NCBI GenBank assembly: GCA_040222015.1
Contig: JAVJWO010000041.1
Location: 1-64,000 of the forward strand
From: Coleofasciculus chthonoplastes F2-STO-03
Lineage (GTDB): Bacteria > Cyanobacteriota > Cyanobacteriia > Cyanobacteriales > Coleofasciculaceae
Reading direction: 5' to 3'
DNA length: 64,000 bases
Of this stretch, positions 30,816 to 41,171 are shown piece after piece. The translations under genes were made by a program, and so were the position numbers. The notes under the pieces are model-generated. The model searched no databases. It saw only the letters and a program-made list of their open reading frames with translations, and was not told the origin of the DNA. Each line of letters begins with the position of its first letter. Position 1 is the stretch's first letter.

Positions 30816-32000
30816 ATGATGCAGTACAGACGATTTGGACGCACCGAACTACAAATGCCAGTATTTTCCTGTGGCGGGATGCGCTATCAATTTAAGTGGA
30901 AAGATATGCCCGCCTGGTTAATTCCTAAAGATAATCAACGCAACTTAGAAGCAACCATTCGTCGCTCGATTGAACTAGGCATTAATCATATTGAAACGGC
31001 GCGGGGTTATGGTACGTCAGAAATGCAATTAGGCAAAATTTTGCCAAAATTACCCCGTGAGCAATTAATTGTCCAGACAAAAATTAGTCCTAAATCAGAT
31101 GCCAAAGAATTTCGGCGTCAGTTTGAGCAATCGTTGAAATTCCTCAATCTTGACTATGTTGATTTGCTGGGAGTTCATGGCATAAACACACCTCAATTAC
31201 TCCAGGATAGCATTCGTCCTGGAGGCTGTATGGATGTAGCGCGTCAGTTACAAGCCCAAGGCAAAGTGCGGTTTATTGGCTTTTCTACCCACGGTGCTAC
31301 CGACGTAATTATCAAAACCATTGAGACGGATCAGTTTGATTATGTAAATCTGCACTGGTACTATATCAATCAATTTAATTGGTCAGCAATTCAAGCCGCT
31401 ACTCGTCATGATATGGGCGTTTTTATTATTAGTCCGTCGGATAAAGGGGGAATGCTATATAAACCGCCACAGCGATTAGTTGAACTTTGTAAACCCTTGA
31501 GTCCAATGGTATTTAATGACTTGTTTTGCCTGTCTCATCCCCAGGTGCATACCTTAAGTTTAGGTGCATCTCGCCCCAGGGATTTTGAGGAACACCTGAA
31601 GGCGGTTGAATTATTGGATCAGGTTGATCAAATATTACCCCCGATTGTGGCACGATTAGAAGCCGCCGCGATCGCACGACTCGGTGAAGATTGGTTCAAA
31701 ACCTGGCACGTCGGTTTACCCAGCCACGAGGAAACCCCTGGTGGTGTGAATATCCCCGTAATTTTGTGGCTGAGAAATTTAGCGATCGCCTATGATATGG
31801 TTGAATATGCTAAAATGCGTTACAACCTCTTAACCAATGCGGGACACTGGTTTCCGGGTGCCAAAGCCGATCAGATCAGAAAATTTAATCTCCAGGTATG
31901 TTTACACAACAGTCCCCACGCTGATACAATTCCTACTTTACTCGAAGATGCGGATCAGCGCTTAGGAGGTGCAACCGTTAAACGCTTATCCCAACAATAA
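30816..32000 (+). CDS. Aldo/keto reductase family protein
   Basis: MQYRRFGRTEL, GINHIETARGYGTSE, SLKFLNLDYVDLLGVH, GKVRFIGFSTH. Confidence 0.92.
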   Translation: MMQYRRFGRTELQMPVFSCGGMRYQFKWKDMPAWLIPKDNQRNLEATIRRSIELGINHIETARGYGTSEMQLGKILPKLPREQLIVQTKISPKSDAKEFRRQFEQSLKFLNLDYVDLLGVHGINTPQLLQDSIRPGGCMDVARQLQAQGKVRFIGFSTHGATDVIIKTIETDQFDYVNLHWYYINQFNWSAIQAATRHDMGVFIISPSDKGGMLYKPPQRLVELCKPLSPMVFNDLFCLSHPQVHTLSLGASRPRDFEEHLKAVELLDQVDQILPPIVARLEAAAIARLGEDWFKTWHVGLPSHEETPGGVNIPVILWLRNLAIAYDMVEYAKMRYNLLTNAGHWFPGAKADQIRKFNLQVCLHNSPHADTIPTLLEDADQRLGGATVKRLSQQ

Positions 32001-32199
32001 ACCGATAGCGATTCGACTTGAGTCGTAACGATTTTGGTGAGTTAAAAAACCCTTAACTGGAAACAGAAGATTCCCTAACTCATTGAGAATTGCTACATCA
32101 GTTTGTTTCGCTCCTCATTCACGCTTAACTGTTATCCCTATAACCTGTTCTCAAACTGTCTTTCTGGTAGTATTGGGGTAAAGAGGAGCAGGTGGAAAT

Positions 32200-33018
32200 T
32201 TGGAGGTGAAAAATGTGCGAGAACATATCTATCAAGAACCAGCCAGTCGTCAAGCCTTACAAACTGCCCTTATAGAAGATCGGTTTTGCTTATATTTTCA
32301 ACCAATTTTCCCTCTCCTTCATAGAGACGAGGGTCATACTCACAAGGAAATTTTAATCCGAATGGTGGGAAAAGATGGTAGGATTATCCCACCTAATTAT
32401 TTTCTTCCCTGTGCTGAAGAATCTGGGTTAATGCCATCCATTGATCGTTGGGTTCTGGAATCCTTTTTCAATGGCATTTACCACCCGAGTAAATGTATGG
32501 GCTGTTGGGCAAGGGATTATTATTGTGGGTGTATTATTGCGTTTAACCTGTCTGGTTCCAGTGTCAATGATGACAGTTTTCTCGACTTCCTAGAAAATGC
32601 CGTGATGAATCATCCGGTTCCCCCCAGCAGTTTAGTCTTTGAGATTACTGAAACGGTAGCCTTAGCCAACATAGATAAAACCCGGCAATTTATCCAGCGT
32701 TTACAAAACCTGGGTTGTCAGTTTGCTTTGGATGATTTTGGTACAGGTATGTCCAGTTTAGCCTATCTTAAGGAATTACCGTTAGATTTTGTCAAAATTG
32801 ATGGTATGTTTGTGCGGGATGTGGTGCAGAATCCTATCTCTGAAGCGATTGTTTCTGCTATTGTACAAATGGCTAAGGCGAAGCAAATTAAGACGATTGC
32901 CGAATACGTGGAAAATGTGGCAATTCTGGAACGATTGCAGGCGTTAGGTGTGGATTATGCCCAAGGGTTTTACTTAGGTAAGCCTACCCCGATTCTCAAG
33001 CGAACGCCTATTTTCTAG
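32200..33018 (+). CDS. Stand-alone EAL-domain c-di-GMP phosphodiesterase
   Basis: YFQPI, EILIR, FEITET, ALDDFGTG, VKIDG, IAEYVE, QGFYLGKP; TTG start. Confidence 0.9.
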   Translation: MEVKNVREHIYQEPASRQALQTALIEDRFCLYFQPIFPLLHRDEGHTHKEILIRMVGKDGRIIPPNYFLPCAEESGLMPSIDRWVLESFFNGIYHPSKCMGCWARDYYCGCIIAFNLSGSSVNDDSFLDFLENAVMNHPVPPSSLVFEITETVALANIDKTRQFIQRLQNLGCQFALDDFGTGMSSLAYLKELPLDFVKIDGMFVRDVVQNPISEAIVSAIVQMAKAKQIKTIAEYVENVAILERLQALGVDYAQGFYLGKPTPILKRTPIF

Positions 33019-33139
33019 ATGAAGGTAGAAGGGCAGCTTCAGTTTTTTTATTAGGGGTCATTTGCCGGATATAATAGTATTAACGTTTCAGGAGCAGATT
33101 GGTGCTTAAGTCAGTGCTATTCAGCTTAGGGTAATATTC

Positions 33140-34921
33140 ATGCAAAAACAAGCTCTAGCGATCGCATCTGTTTTATTATCTACCCTGTTGCCGATCGAGG
33201 CTTCGGCACAGAACTTTGAGGAGTTTTACATCTTTGGCGATAGTCTGTCAGATGTTGGCAACCGATTTGAACGATCTGAAGGTCTCTTCCCTCCTAGCCC
33301 TCCCTATTTTGAGGGACGTTTTACTAACGGTTTAGTCTGGGTGGAAGTTCTGGGATTGGAATTAGGACTTGATCACAATCCAGCTAATAACTTTGCCCTT
33401 GGTGGGGCAACCTCAGAGGACGTGCTAGAACAGGTTATTGAGTTTACCACCACAACCCAACCACTCGATGCTAATGGGCTTTATACCGTTTGGGGCGGTG
33501 CCAACGACTACATCGACGTAGTTCCAGGCACAAACCCAGCAGATATAGACACGACAACCACGGTCAACAACATATCCAATGCGGTGAAAACGCTGATTGC
33601 CAACGGCGCTGAAACGATTATCGTAGTCAACCTGCCAGATTTGGGAAGGACGCCTCTAGGATTAACCTCTCCCCTTGCTGCCGACGCCTTCACCGCCGCC
33701 GTTAATCAATATAACCGCAACTTAAATGCCGCTTTGCAAACATTAGCTCAAAACCGTGAAGTTCAGATCGTACCGCTCGATGTCAATCCTCTGGTTAATG
33801 AAATTCTCGCCGAGCCAGCCAGATACGGCATAACTAACGTGACCGAACCTTGCTTAAATGAGGCAACCAATACGGTTTGTCCCAACCCCGACGAGTATTT
33901 TTTTTGGGATGACATTCATCCTACTGCTGCCGTTCATGAGTTGTTTGGAGAAGCGGTTTTGGCAGTACTGATTAGTCCTCAAACCGTTATCCCCCAAGCC
34001 GACATTGCCTTAAGCGTTGCTCGCAGGCAGACTCAAACGATTGACGCTCGGCTCCAGTCCCTGCGAGGTGTCCGCGAAACTCCCCCCGAACAACGATTTG
34101 GTGCATTTGTCAACGGTGACATCAACTTCGGCGATAAAGATATCAGCAATAGCGAACCGGGCTATGATTTCACGACGACAGGGGTTACTGCTGGCGTTGA
34201 TTACCGCGTCACGGGCGACCTCGCGCTGGGAGTTGCTGTCAGTCGCCTCAGCAATGACACCGAACTTGATCATGACCTTGGCGAGGTTGAAGTTGATGGT
34301 TATGCCGTTTCTATCTATGGCAACTATAATCGGGGTAACTTTTATACGGATACCCTTGTCAGTTATGGTTGGAATGACTATGAGATAACCCGCCAAATCG
34401 AATTCGACAACCGCAGGGCTACTGCTGACCCGGACGGAAATCAACTATCGGTCGATGTGAACGGTGGTTACAATGTCAGAGCGGGCAACTTGTCTTATGG
34501 ACCAACGGTAGGAGTTCGCTATGATCGTGTGGAAATTAATGACTACACAGAGGAAGGTGCGGGTAGCCTCAACATGAAAGTCCAAGACCAAGAAGCAGAA
34601 TCGGTGGTTCTCAGTGCAGGTGTTCAGGCGGCTTATGGGTTCAACGTTGGCAACACTACAGTGACACCCAATTTCCGGGCAAGTTACGAACACCAGTTCG
34701 CCAACGACAGCCGCGAAATCGAGACGGAACTCCTCACCCAACCGGGCATTCCGATCCGGGCGACTACAGACGACCCCGATCGCGATTACGTGAGATTAGG
34801 GGCTGGAGTGGACGTGCAGTTTTCCCCGAATTTTTCCGGCGCGATCGATTACGAAACGGTCATCGGGCGCGAAGACTACACCGACCATGGGGTTAGAGCT
34901 CAACTCCGCTACCAATTTTAA
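33140..34921 (+). CDS. GDSL/SGNH esterase autotransporter (EstA-like)
   Basis: FGDSLSD, GGAND, WDDIHPT; C-terminal beta-barrel ending LRYQF. Confidence 0.9.
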   Translation: MQKQALAIASVLLSTLLPIEASAQNFEEFYIFGDSLSDVGNRFERSEGLFPPSPPYFEGRFTNGLVWVEVLGLELGLDHNPANNFALGGATSEDVLEQVIEFTTTTQPLDANGLYTVWGGANDYIDVVPGTNPADIDTTTTVNNISNAVKTLIANGAETIIVVNLPDLGRTPLGLTSPLAADAFTAAVNQYNRNLNAALQTLAQNREVQIVPLDVNPLVNEILAEPARYGITNVTEPCLNEATNTVCPNPDEYFFWDDIHPTAAVHELFGEAVLAVLISPQTVIPQADIALSVARRQTQTIDARLQSLRGVRETPPEQRFGAFVNGDINFGDKDISNSEPGYDFTTTGVTAGVDYRVTGDLALGVAVSRLSNDTELDHDLGEVEVDGYAVSIYGNYNRGNFYTDTLVSYGWNDYEITRQIEFDNRRATADPDGNQLSVDVNGGYNVRAGNLSYGPTVGVRYDRVEINDYTEEGAGSLNMKVQDQEAESVVLSAGVQAAYGFNVGNTTVTPNFRASYEHQFANDSREIETELLTQPGIPIRATTDDPDRDYVRLGAGVDVQFSPNFSGAIDYETVIGREDYTDHGVRAQLRYQF

Positions 34922-34928
34922 CGGTGTT

Positions 34929-37208
34929 CTAGGGTTTTATTGCCTGTTCTTGACTTTCGCCCTGACGTTGACGCAGTAACTTATAACGATTGGATAACAC
35001 CGTTTCTACAGAGGGCGGTAAAAACGTAAAGTGAATATAAAACGAATGATCATCACTGAGTTTATCTAACACTTTGGCATAGATATCCTCACTCACTGAG
35101 ATTAATTTATCCCCGATAAATAAATTAATCTTTATATTCGTCAAAGGCTTGATAAATTGTTCTGATTTAATCTCGCCACCTTTGGCAGAAAGTTTTACTA
35201 AAGTTCCTCGAAAAAATATATCGCTGACATGCTTGCCTTCCAAAAACGTGTAGTGTAAAGGAATCGGATCGACCAACGGCAGAAATTTTTCTTCCGGTTT
35301 AGCTAAAAACAAATAGTAAGGCTTACCAATTCCGCTCACATCATAAATTGGAATAGGTTGGGGCAATCCTTTGGGTTGAACCCGCATCTTTCCATTAATT
35401 CTCACCCCAGATCCAGCCGCATTGAGAGTAGACTGAGAAATCAGAATTTGACTGTCTGTCGTATAAGATTCGATGCGATAGGCTAAATTAACCTGAGAGC
35501 CCACTACTCCATATTTTGTCCGTTTCGAGGAGCCAATATTTCCAACTACAACGTCCCCCGTATTAATCCCAATGCCCATAGTCAACGGAGGTAAACCCAG
35601 AAGCTTCATGCGTTCGTTAACCGATGTCATTGCCAACTGCATCGCCACCGCACAAGCGATCGCGCGGCGGGCGTCATCGTCACGAAGCGTCGGCGCACCA
35701 AACAGAACTAAAATTCCATCCCCAAGAAATTCATCAATTGTTCCCTGATATTCAGTAATCACATCCGTCATCGTGGCAAAATAAAAGTTGAGAATATTCA
35801 CCACCTCTTCTGGCGTTAAACGTTCAGTTAGGGCAGTAAACCCCCTTAAATCTGACGTTAAGATGGTAATCATGCGCCGTTCGCCACCCAGTTTAGCCCC
35901 TTCCGGATTTTCTAAGACATTAGCAACAACTTCATTGGTGAGATAACGACCAAAAGTTTCGCGGATTTTAGCCACTTGATGGGCAAGATAACTCGTAATC
36001 GCAATCACTGAACCCGATAAAGCCAAAACAGGTGGAATCACGGGAATCCACCATCCGATTAAAAACGCCCCATAAGTACTACCAAATACAATACCCCCTG
36101 CGAGGATCAGTCTCAAAAATCGTTGGACAAATACCCGCCGCCTTTTCCCCTGATACCGTCCCTGCCAGGTGACAATAGCGCCTACAGTAGACCAGAAAAA
36201 AATCCATAAATTTTCTTGCAGTGGAAACCACGTTTGAATTAGGGGGCGTTCTTCTAAAGCCGCACTTAGGATTTGACTGGTAATATTGGCATGTAATTCT
36301 ACCCCAGACATCCGTTCTGGCAAAGCGAACCAACTGCTACTGTAGGGTGTGAAAATCCAGTCTTGGAAACTCTCCCCCACAAAGCCGATCAGAATAATGC
36401 GATCGCGTCCCCAATCTGGAGGGATACGATCCTCCAGAATATCATGCAATGAAATCGTTTCAAAGTGTTCCTTGCTCCCTCGATAATTTAATAAAATTTG
36501 GTAGCCACCGTCATCCGTGCGAACATAACCCCCATCGTTCTTTTTGAAGCGAGAAAACGTGCTTTTTCCTAACTGCCAAGTATTGGGTTCGCCCGGTATA
36601 GGTTGGGGGCTAATTCCTTGAGCATCCAGATAGAGAAGTGCTAGATAAAATCCGAAACTGGGAATAACGTCTCCATTGGTATCTTCAACTTGTAAGAGTG
36701 CCCGTCGGATTTTCGTATCGGCATCAAAGATGACATCATTAGCGCCCACTTGCCCTTTCGCTTTCAACGCAGGCGGGGCGGCGACAGCATCTTGGCGCTT
36801 ATCCCCAACCACTTTCTCAATCCCCACCAGATTAGGGGTTGTTTCAAAGAGGCGAACTAATTCCTGATAACCCGGTTGTACGGGTAAATCCCGATAAACA
36901 TCCAAACCAATCGCGTTAGGGTTATGGGTTTTGAGTTTAGCAATAGCTTGGGCATAAATCTGATCCGGAAGAATCGAGCGAGACAGTTGCCCAATTTTTT
37001 TCACATCCGCCTCATCAATCCCCACGATTCCAATTCGCTGATCCAAGGGTTCGGCAGGACGCCAACGCATATACTGGTCATAAGCTGCCCATTCCCAAGT
37101 TTGCAGCATCCCCATCCACCGCAGGAAAATGATCAAACCCGTAACTGTTGGGGTAATGATCCAAACGCCACGCCATTGCCAAAGCCACCGCTTAGAGAAT
37201 TTATACAT
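34929..37208 (-). CDS. CHASE2-domain adenylate/guanylate cyclase (start 37208 or 37232)
   Basis: AIGLDVYRD (CHASE2), TM helices, ILTSDLRGFT, IDEFLGDGILVLFG, GIGINTG, YGVVGSQVNLAYRIES; PilZ-like tail. Confidence 0.92.
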   Translation of the reverse strand: MYKFSKRWLWQWRGVWIITPTVTGLIIFLRWMGMLQTWEWAAYDQYMRWRPAEPLDQRIGIVGIDEADVKKIGQLSRSILPDQIYAQAIAKLKTHNPNAIGLDVYRDLPVQPGYQELVRLFETTPNLVGIEKVVGDKRQDAVAAPPALKAKGQVGANDVIFDADTKIRRALLQVEDTNGDVIPSFGFYLALLYLDAQGISPQPIPGEPNTWQLGKSTFSRFKKNDGGYVRTDDGGYQILLNYRGSKEHFETISLHDILEDRIPPDWGRDRIILIGFVGESFQDWIFTPYSSSWFALPERMSGVELHANITSQILSAALEERPLIQTWFPLQENLWIFFWSTVGAIVTWQGRYQGKRRRVFVQRFLRLILAGGIVFGSTYGAFLIGWWIPVIPPVLALSGSVIAITSYLAHQVAKIRETFGRYLTNEVVANVLENPEGAKLGGERRMITILTSDLRGFTALTERLTPEEVVNILNFYFATMTDVITEYQGTIDEFLGDGILVLFGAPTLRDDDARRAIACAVAMQLAMTSVNERMKLLGLPPLTMGIGINTGDVVVGNIGSSKRTKYGVVGSQVNLAYRIESYTTDSQILISQSTLNAAGSGVRINGKMRVQPKGLPQPIPIYDVSGIGKPYYLFLAKPEEKFLPLVDPIPLHYTFLEGKHVSDIFFRGTLVKLSAKGGEIKSEQFIKPLTNIKINLFIGDKLISVSEDIYAKVLDKLSDDHSFYIHFTFLPPSVETVLSNRYKLLRQRQGESQEQAIKP

Positions 37209-37284
37209 TTGACCCTTCACTTTGTTGGGCATGGTGCATGAGTAGGGGCGGGTTTCACTATTATCGTTTCTTGCCACCCGGATT

Positions 37285-38106
37285 TTACTCAACCCGCCCC
37301 GACTTAGGGACTTGCTCCTCAGCATCTTGAGTCTCAACCGAACAGGAGTAAACTAAACAGTCTCTTGAAATATTATCCAACTCCACCGATGTTAATAATT
37401 CTTGCATCTCATCGGCGATCGCGGAGTCATTAGGAAATTGCTGATAGAGTCGAGCTAAAATCATCAGCGTTTCTGCCCAAATCCTTTCTTGAGCATAGTT
37501 AGAGGCTTCGTCTTGGAGACGTTTTTTGATCCCTTCGGGTTCATTAACGAGTTGATCAAGAAGAGTTTTCAGTTCTTCGGCTGGGGTGATTCCCCTCTGA
37601 AGAGGTTGACGCTGAATCCACCCTCGAACAAAATGATCCTTACTGCGATCATCGGGGTTACACACTAAGGCAAATGTCCAAAGATACCGTTTTTCCGTTG
37701 CCAGAGATATGTGATCGGGAAGCTTAAGTTCTACAATACCGGATCTATGGGTTAGGGGTATCCTCGTATAATAAATTTCCTGGTTTTGCTCGTCTAAAAG
37801 TAGAAAATCGGCTGACTGGGCTTTCGTGGGGGGAACATACCAAAATAAGCTAGGGTTGGGGGATATGGTGGTAATTAGATTATTCATTGGCGTTAGCGCC
37901 GTTAATCGTATAGTTCCGGTAACACAAGATATCCCCCGTTGTCCGCCCCCGCCGGTTCTCTCAGGGGCACCAATATCTTCTCCTTCAGGAAACTTTAAAC
38001 TAATATCGAACGACTGTGCTTTGAGTCGAGGTGCGGCGAAAGCCAAGGCTAACCCGAATGTGAGAGTAACCGCACCGAGATAGGTAAAATGCTTGAAACC
38101 ACCCAT
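37285..38106 (-). CDS. DUF928 domain protein (exported)
   Basis: AGGAGAAGG RBS before ATG 38106; signal peptide; GGGQRG.C, PSLFWYVP, YLWTFALVC, GWIQR. Confidence 0.87.
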   Translation of the reverse strand: MGGFKHFTYLGAVTLTFGLALAFAAPRLKAQSFDISLKFPEGEDIGAPERTGGGGQRGISCVTGTIRLTALTPMNNLITTISPNPSLFWYVPPTKAQSADFLLLDEQNQEIYYTRIPLTHRSGIVELKLPDHISLATEKRYLWTFALVCNPDDRSKDHFVRGWIQRQPLQRGITPAEELKTLLDQLVNEPEGIKKRLQDEASNYAQERIWAETLMILARLYQQFPNDSAIADEMQELLTSVELDNISRDCLVYSCSVETQDAEEQVPKSGRVE

Positions 38107-38417
38107 GGTATAACCTTCTCCTAATCTAATTCTGAGATCTATTGCCACAGTCGCTTTAAATTCGTATATATGACGGTTACGCCAACCCTCCGTTCCGAAC
38201 GGGGTTGTTGGTCACTCAGAAAAAGCCTGTGATTCAATTTAAGTTCTCCCACCCCGGGCGAGACTGTTTTAATATACTGCTTGTCTATATTTTATGTTGG
38301 TTGGGGCGGAAGTTTGAGGGAATTGACCTCCTGGGTGTGCCTGGCATCAGACCAAAGACTAATGACTAACGAACAATGACGTGTTAGCGTTAGCCTAGCA
38401 AGCTTATTGTGTCTCCC

Positions 38418-40190
38418 ATGAAACTTGCGATCGCACAACTCAATCCCACGATTGGCGACTTAACCAGCAATGCCCAAAAAATCCTTGATGCGGCGAATCA
38501 AGCAGCGCGTCAGGGTGTCCGCCTCTTATTGACGCCGGAACTCTCCCTCTGTGGATATCCGCCGCGAGATTTACTATTAAATCCCAGTTTTATGGAGTCC
38601 ATGGCAGACTGTCTGGACAATTTAGCCCAGCAGTTACCCTCAACTCTAGCGGTTTTGGTGGGAACGGTGACAGCGAATCCTAAAGCGGAGAGTTCGGGAG
38701 GTAAACCTTTATTTAATAGTATTGCCCTGTTGGAGGGCGGTAAGGTACAGCAGGTGTTTCATAAGCGCTTGTTGCCCACCTATGATGTCTTTGATGAGAA
38801 CCGTTATTTTGAAGCTGGAGTCCAGAGTAATTCCTTTACCTTAGAGGCAGAGTCAGCTACCCCGATTAAAATTGGCGTGACGATTTGCGAGGATCTCTGG
38901 AACGATGAGGAATTTTGGGGAAAGCGCACGTATCAGTTCAATCCCATTACCGACTTAATCCAGCAGCAGGTTGACTTAATTGTGAATCTTTCCGCCTCGC
39001 CCTATAGTGTGGGCAAGCAACAACTGCGGGAAGCTATGTTGCAACATAGTGCCAAGCGTTATCAGCAACCGATTCTCTACACCAATCAGGTTGGGGGAAA
39101 TGACGACTTAATCTTTGATGGAAACAGTGTGGGATTTAACCGCGCCGGGGAAATGGTTTGTCGCGCCTCGGCTTTTGCTACCGATATTTTGGTGGTAGAG
39201 TTTGATCCACTCCAACGAGATTTACGCCAGAGTGCGATCGCACCCGCCCCAGACAGTACCAACGCTCAAATCTGGTTCGCCCTAGTTCTAGGCATCCGAG
39301 ACTATGCCCGTAAATGTGGCTTTAAACGAGTGGTGATTGGTTTGAGTGGGGGAATTGATTCATCCCTCGTCGCTGCTCTTGCCACGGAAGCCTTGGGCAG
39401 GGAGAATGTACTCGGTGTGCTTATGCCATCTCCCCATTCGTCTGAACACTCGATCGATGATGCCCTGGCGTTAGCCAAAAATTTAGGGATTAAAACCCAT
39501 ACCTTGCCCATTGGTGATTTAATGCAGGGGTATGACCAAACCTTAGAACCCCTATTTGCCGGAACTGAATTTGGCACAGCGGAGGAAAATATTCAAGCCC
39601 GGATTCGGGGAAACTTGTTAATGGCGATCGCGAATAAGTTTGACTATCTGCTAATCTCAACGGGGAATAAGTCAGAGATGGCAGTAGGATACTGTACGCT
39701 CTATGGGGATATGAACGGTGGATTAGCCGCGATCGCAGATGTTCCCAAAACCCGTGTCTATTCCCTCTGTCAATGGCTGAATTCCACGAAAGTGAAAAAA
39801 CAGGAAAGCCAAGCCACCCCAGATCAATTACCAGAGCAATTACCAGAGCAATTACCAGATACTCAACCAGAAATTATTCCGGCGAATGTCTTAGCCAAAC
39901 CTCCCAGCGCTGAACTCAAACCGGATCAAACTGACCAAGACTCGTTACCGTCTTATGACATCTTGGATGATATCTTACAACGCCTGATTCATGACCATCA
40001 ATCTGCCCCCCAAATCATCGACGCCGGACATGATCCAGAAATCGTCCATAAAGTGATGCGAATGGTAGCGCGGGCAGAATTCAAGCGCCGCCAAGCACCA
40101 CCAGGATTAAAGATTACGGATCGGGCATTTGGTACAGGTTGGCGGATGCCCATCGCCAGTCGTTGGGTGGCGGTGAAAAAATCTATCTAA
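38418..40190 (+). CDS. nadE: Glutamine-dependent NAD+ synthetase
   Basis: Nitrilase domain (PEL...GYPP, KRLLPTYDVFDE, ICEDLW) plus GLSGGIDS, ENIQARIR, TGNKSE, PSAEL. Confidence 0.97.
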   Translation: MKLAIAQLNPTIGDLTSNAQKILDAANQAARQGVRLLLTPELSLCGYPPRDLLLNPSFMESMADCLDNLAQQLPSTLAVLVGTVTANPKAESSGGKPLFNSIALLEGGKVQQVFHKRLLPTYDVFDENRYFEAGVQSNSFTLEAESATPIKIGVTICEDLWNDEEFWGKRTYQFNPITDLIQQQVDLIVNLSASPYSVGKQQLREAMLQHSAKRYQQPILYTNQVGGNDDLIFDGNSVGFNRAGEMVCRASAFATDILVVEFDPLQRDLRQSAIAPAPDSTNAQIWFALVLGIRDYARKCGFKRVVIGLSGGIDSSLVAALATEALGRENVLGVLMPSPHSSEHSIDDALALAKNLGIKTHTLPIGDLMQGYDQTLEPLFAGTEFGTAEENIQARIRGNLLMAIANKFDYLLISTGNKSEMAVGYCTLYGDMNGGLAAIADVPKTRVYSLCQWLNSTKVKKQESQATPDQLPEQLPEQLPDTQPEIIPANVLAKPPSAELKPDQTDQDSLPSYDILDDILQRLIHDHQSAPQIIDAGHDPEIVHKVMRMVARAEFKRRQAPPGLKITDRAFGTGWRMPIASRWVAVKKSI

Positions 40191-40293
40191 TGATAGAACT
40201 CAAACTTTACATGGCGATAGATGTATATCATGAAATGTATATTATACTGAGTGACGTAGCAATCTTTTTGATAACGACCAAAAACACTGAACT

Positions 40294-40992
40294 ATGCATC
40301 TCAAAACAACCTCAACATTTCTCGGATTAGCCGTTGGCAGTGCTTTAGCTCTGTCTGCCATGCCCGCTGGAGCAGCAACATTTGGCAATAATGGTATCCA
40401 ATTTGATCAAGATACCGAAGTAACATTCGACTTCACCGGCTCTAATGGTAAATTTGGGTCAATGTTTGGAGTGGTACTCGAAAGTAACCCGAATAACATC
40501 CTCCCGCCTGTACTCTTTGCCGAAAATCCTGCCTTTGATCCAGGACCCATTGGCGATTTTCAAGGCACATGCGGTGTTGTTATTCCTAACCCTTGCACAG
40601 CTACCTTTACCTTTTTGGCAGGTGAAAGCTATAGCTTGGCTCTCAAATCTCCTAACGGAACCGTCTACTCAACCGATAGCCTGAATCCTCTCGATCCGGC
40701 AAATCCTGCTACTCCCCAAACGCGCCAGTTTGTCTTTTTCCAGGATGAAACAACCCTACCACCTCTGGCAAACGAATCAGGTGAAGGATCAGTTGATCCG
40801 TTTGACAAATTCGCTATTCTTATCGAGGATAAGGGAGGTAGTCGCGACTTCAATGACTTCCGCCTCACAGCTATGGCAACTGAATCCGATTCTCCTGCAT
40901 CTATCCCTGAACCAGCCACATTAGCCGGATTAGGATTAGTAGCTGGTTCATTAACGCTGATCCGTCGTCGCCAAACGAACAAGAAGTCTTAG
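40294..40992 (+). CDS. PEP-CTERM exosortase substrate protein
   Basis: Signal peptide; ED...DFND motif; C-terminal IPEPATLAGLGLVAGSLTLIRRR. Confidence 0.92.
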   Translation: MHLKTTSTFLGLAVGSALALSAMPAGAATFGNNGIQFDQDTEVTFDFTGSNGKFGSMFGVVLESNPNNILPPVLFAENPAFDPGPIGDFQGTCGVVIPNPCTATFTFLAGESYSLALKSPNGTVYSTDSLNPLDPANPATPQTRQFVFFQDETTLPPLANESGEGSVDPFDKFAILIEDKGGSRDFNDFRLTAMATESDSPASIPEPATLAGLGLVAGSLTLIRRRQTNKKS

Positions 40993-41019
40993 TCAGATAG
41001 TCGTTGCGTTTATCGTCAG

Positions 41020-41046
41020 TAGGGGTTTGGTTACCAAACCCCTTTT
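41020..41046 (+). terminator. Hairpin / terminator (REP-like)
   Basis: AGGGGTTTGGT-T-ACCAAACCCCT followed by TTT. Confidence 0.55.
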
Positions 41047-41171
41047 GGTTCCCAAGACCCTACTATTAAATTTTATTGAGGATTATGTAATTGTTCGTCA
41101 AGAATCCATGAGAAAAAGGTGAAGATCAAAGGGAATACAGCGTAATCGCATTTCCCAAATCCCCTTTTCCC

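Noticed and set aside
37233..37337. N-terminal extension of the CHASE2 cyclase given in the ORF track
   Set aside because: It runs through a REP element and overlaps DUF928; ATG 37232 or 37208 is more plausible
38180..38212. Hairpin upstream of nadE as a riboswitch
   Set aside because: A single imperfect stem with no recognisable aptamer consensus; a covariance-model search would be needed
39824..39862. PDQLPEQLPEQLPD insert in NadE as an intein or extra domain
   Set aside because: Only a 12-bp tandem duplication in a variable loop; no splicing motifs
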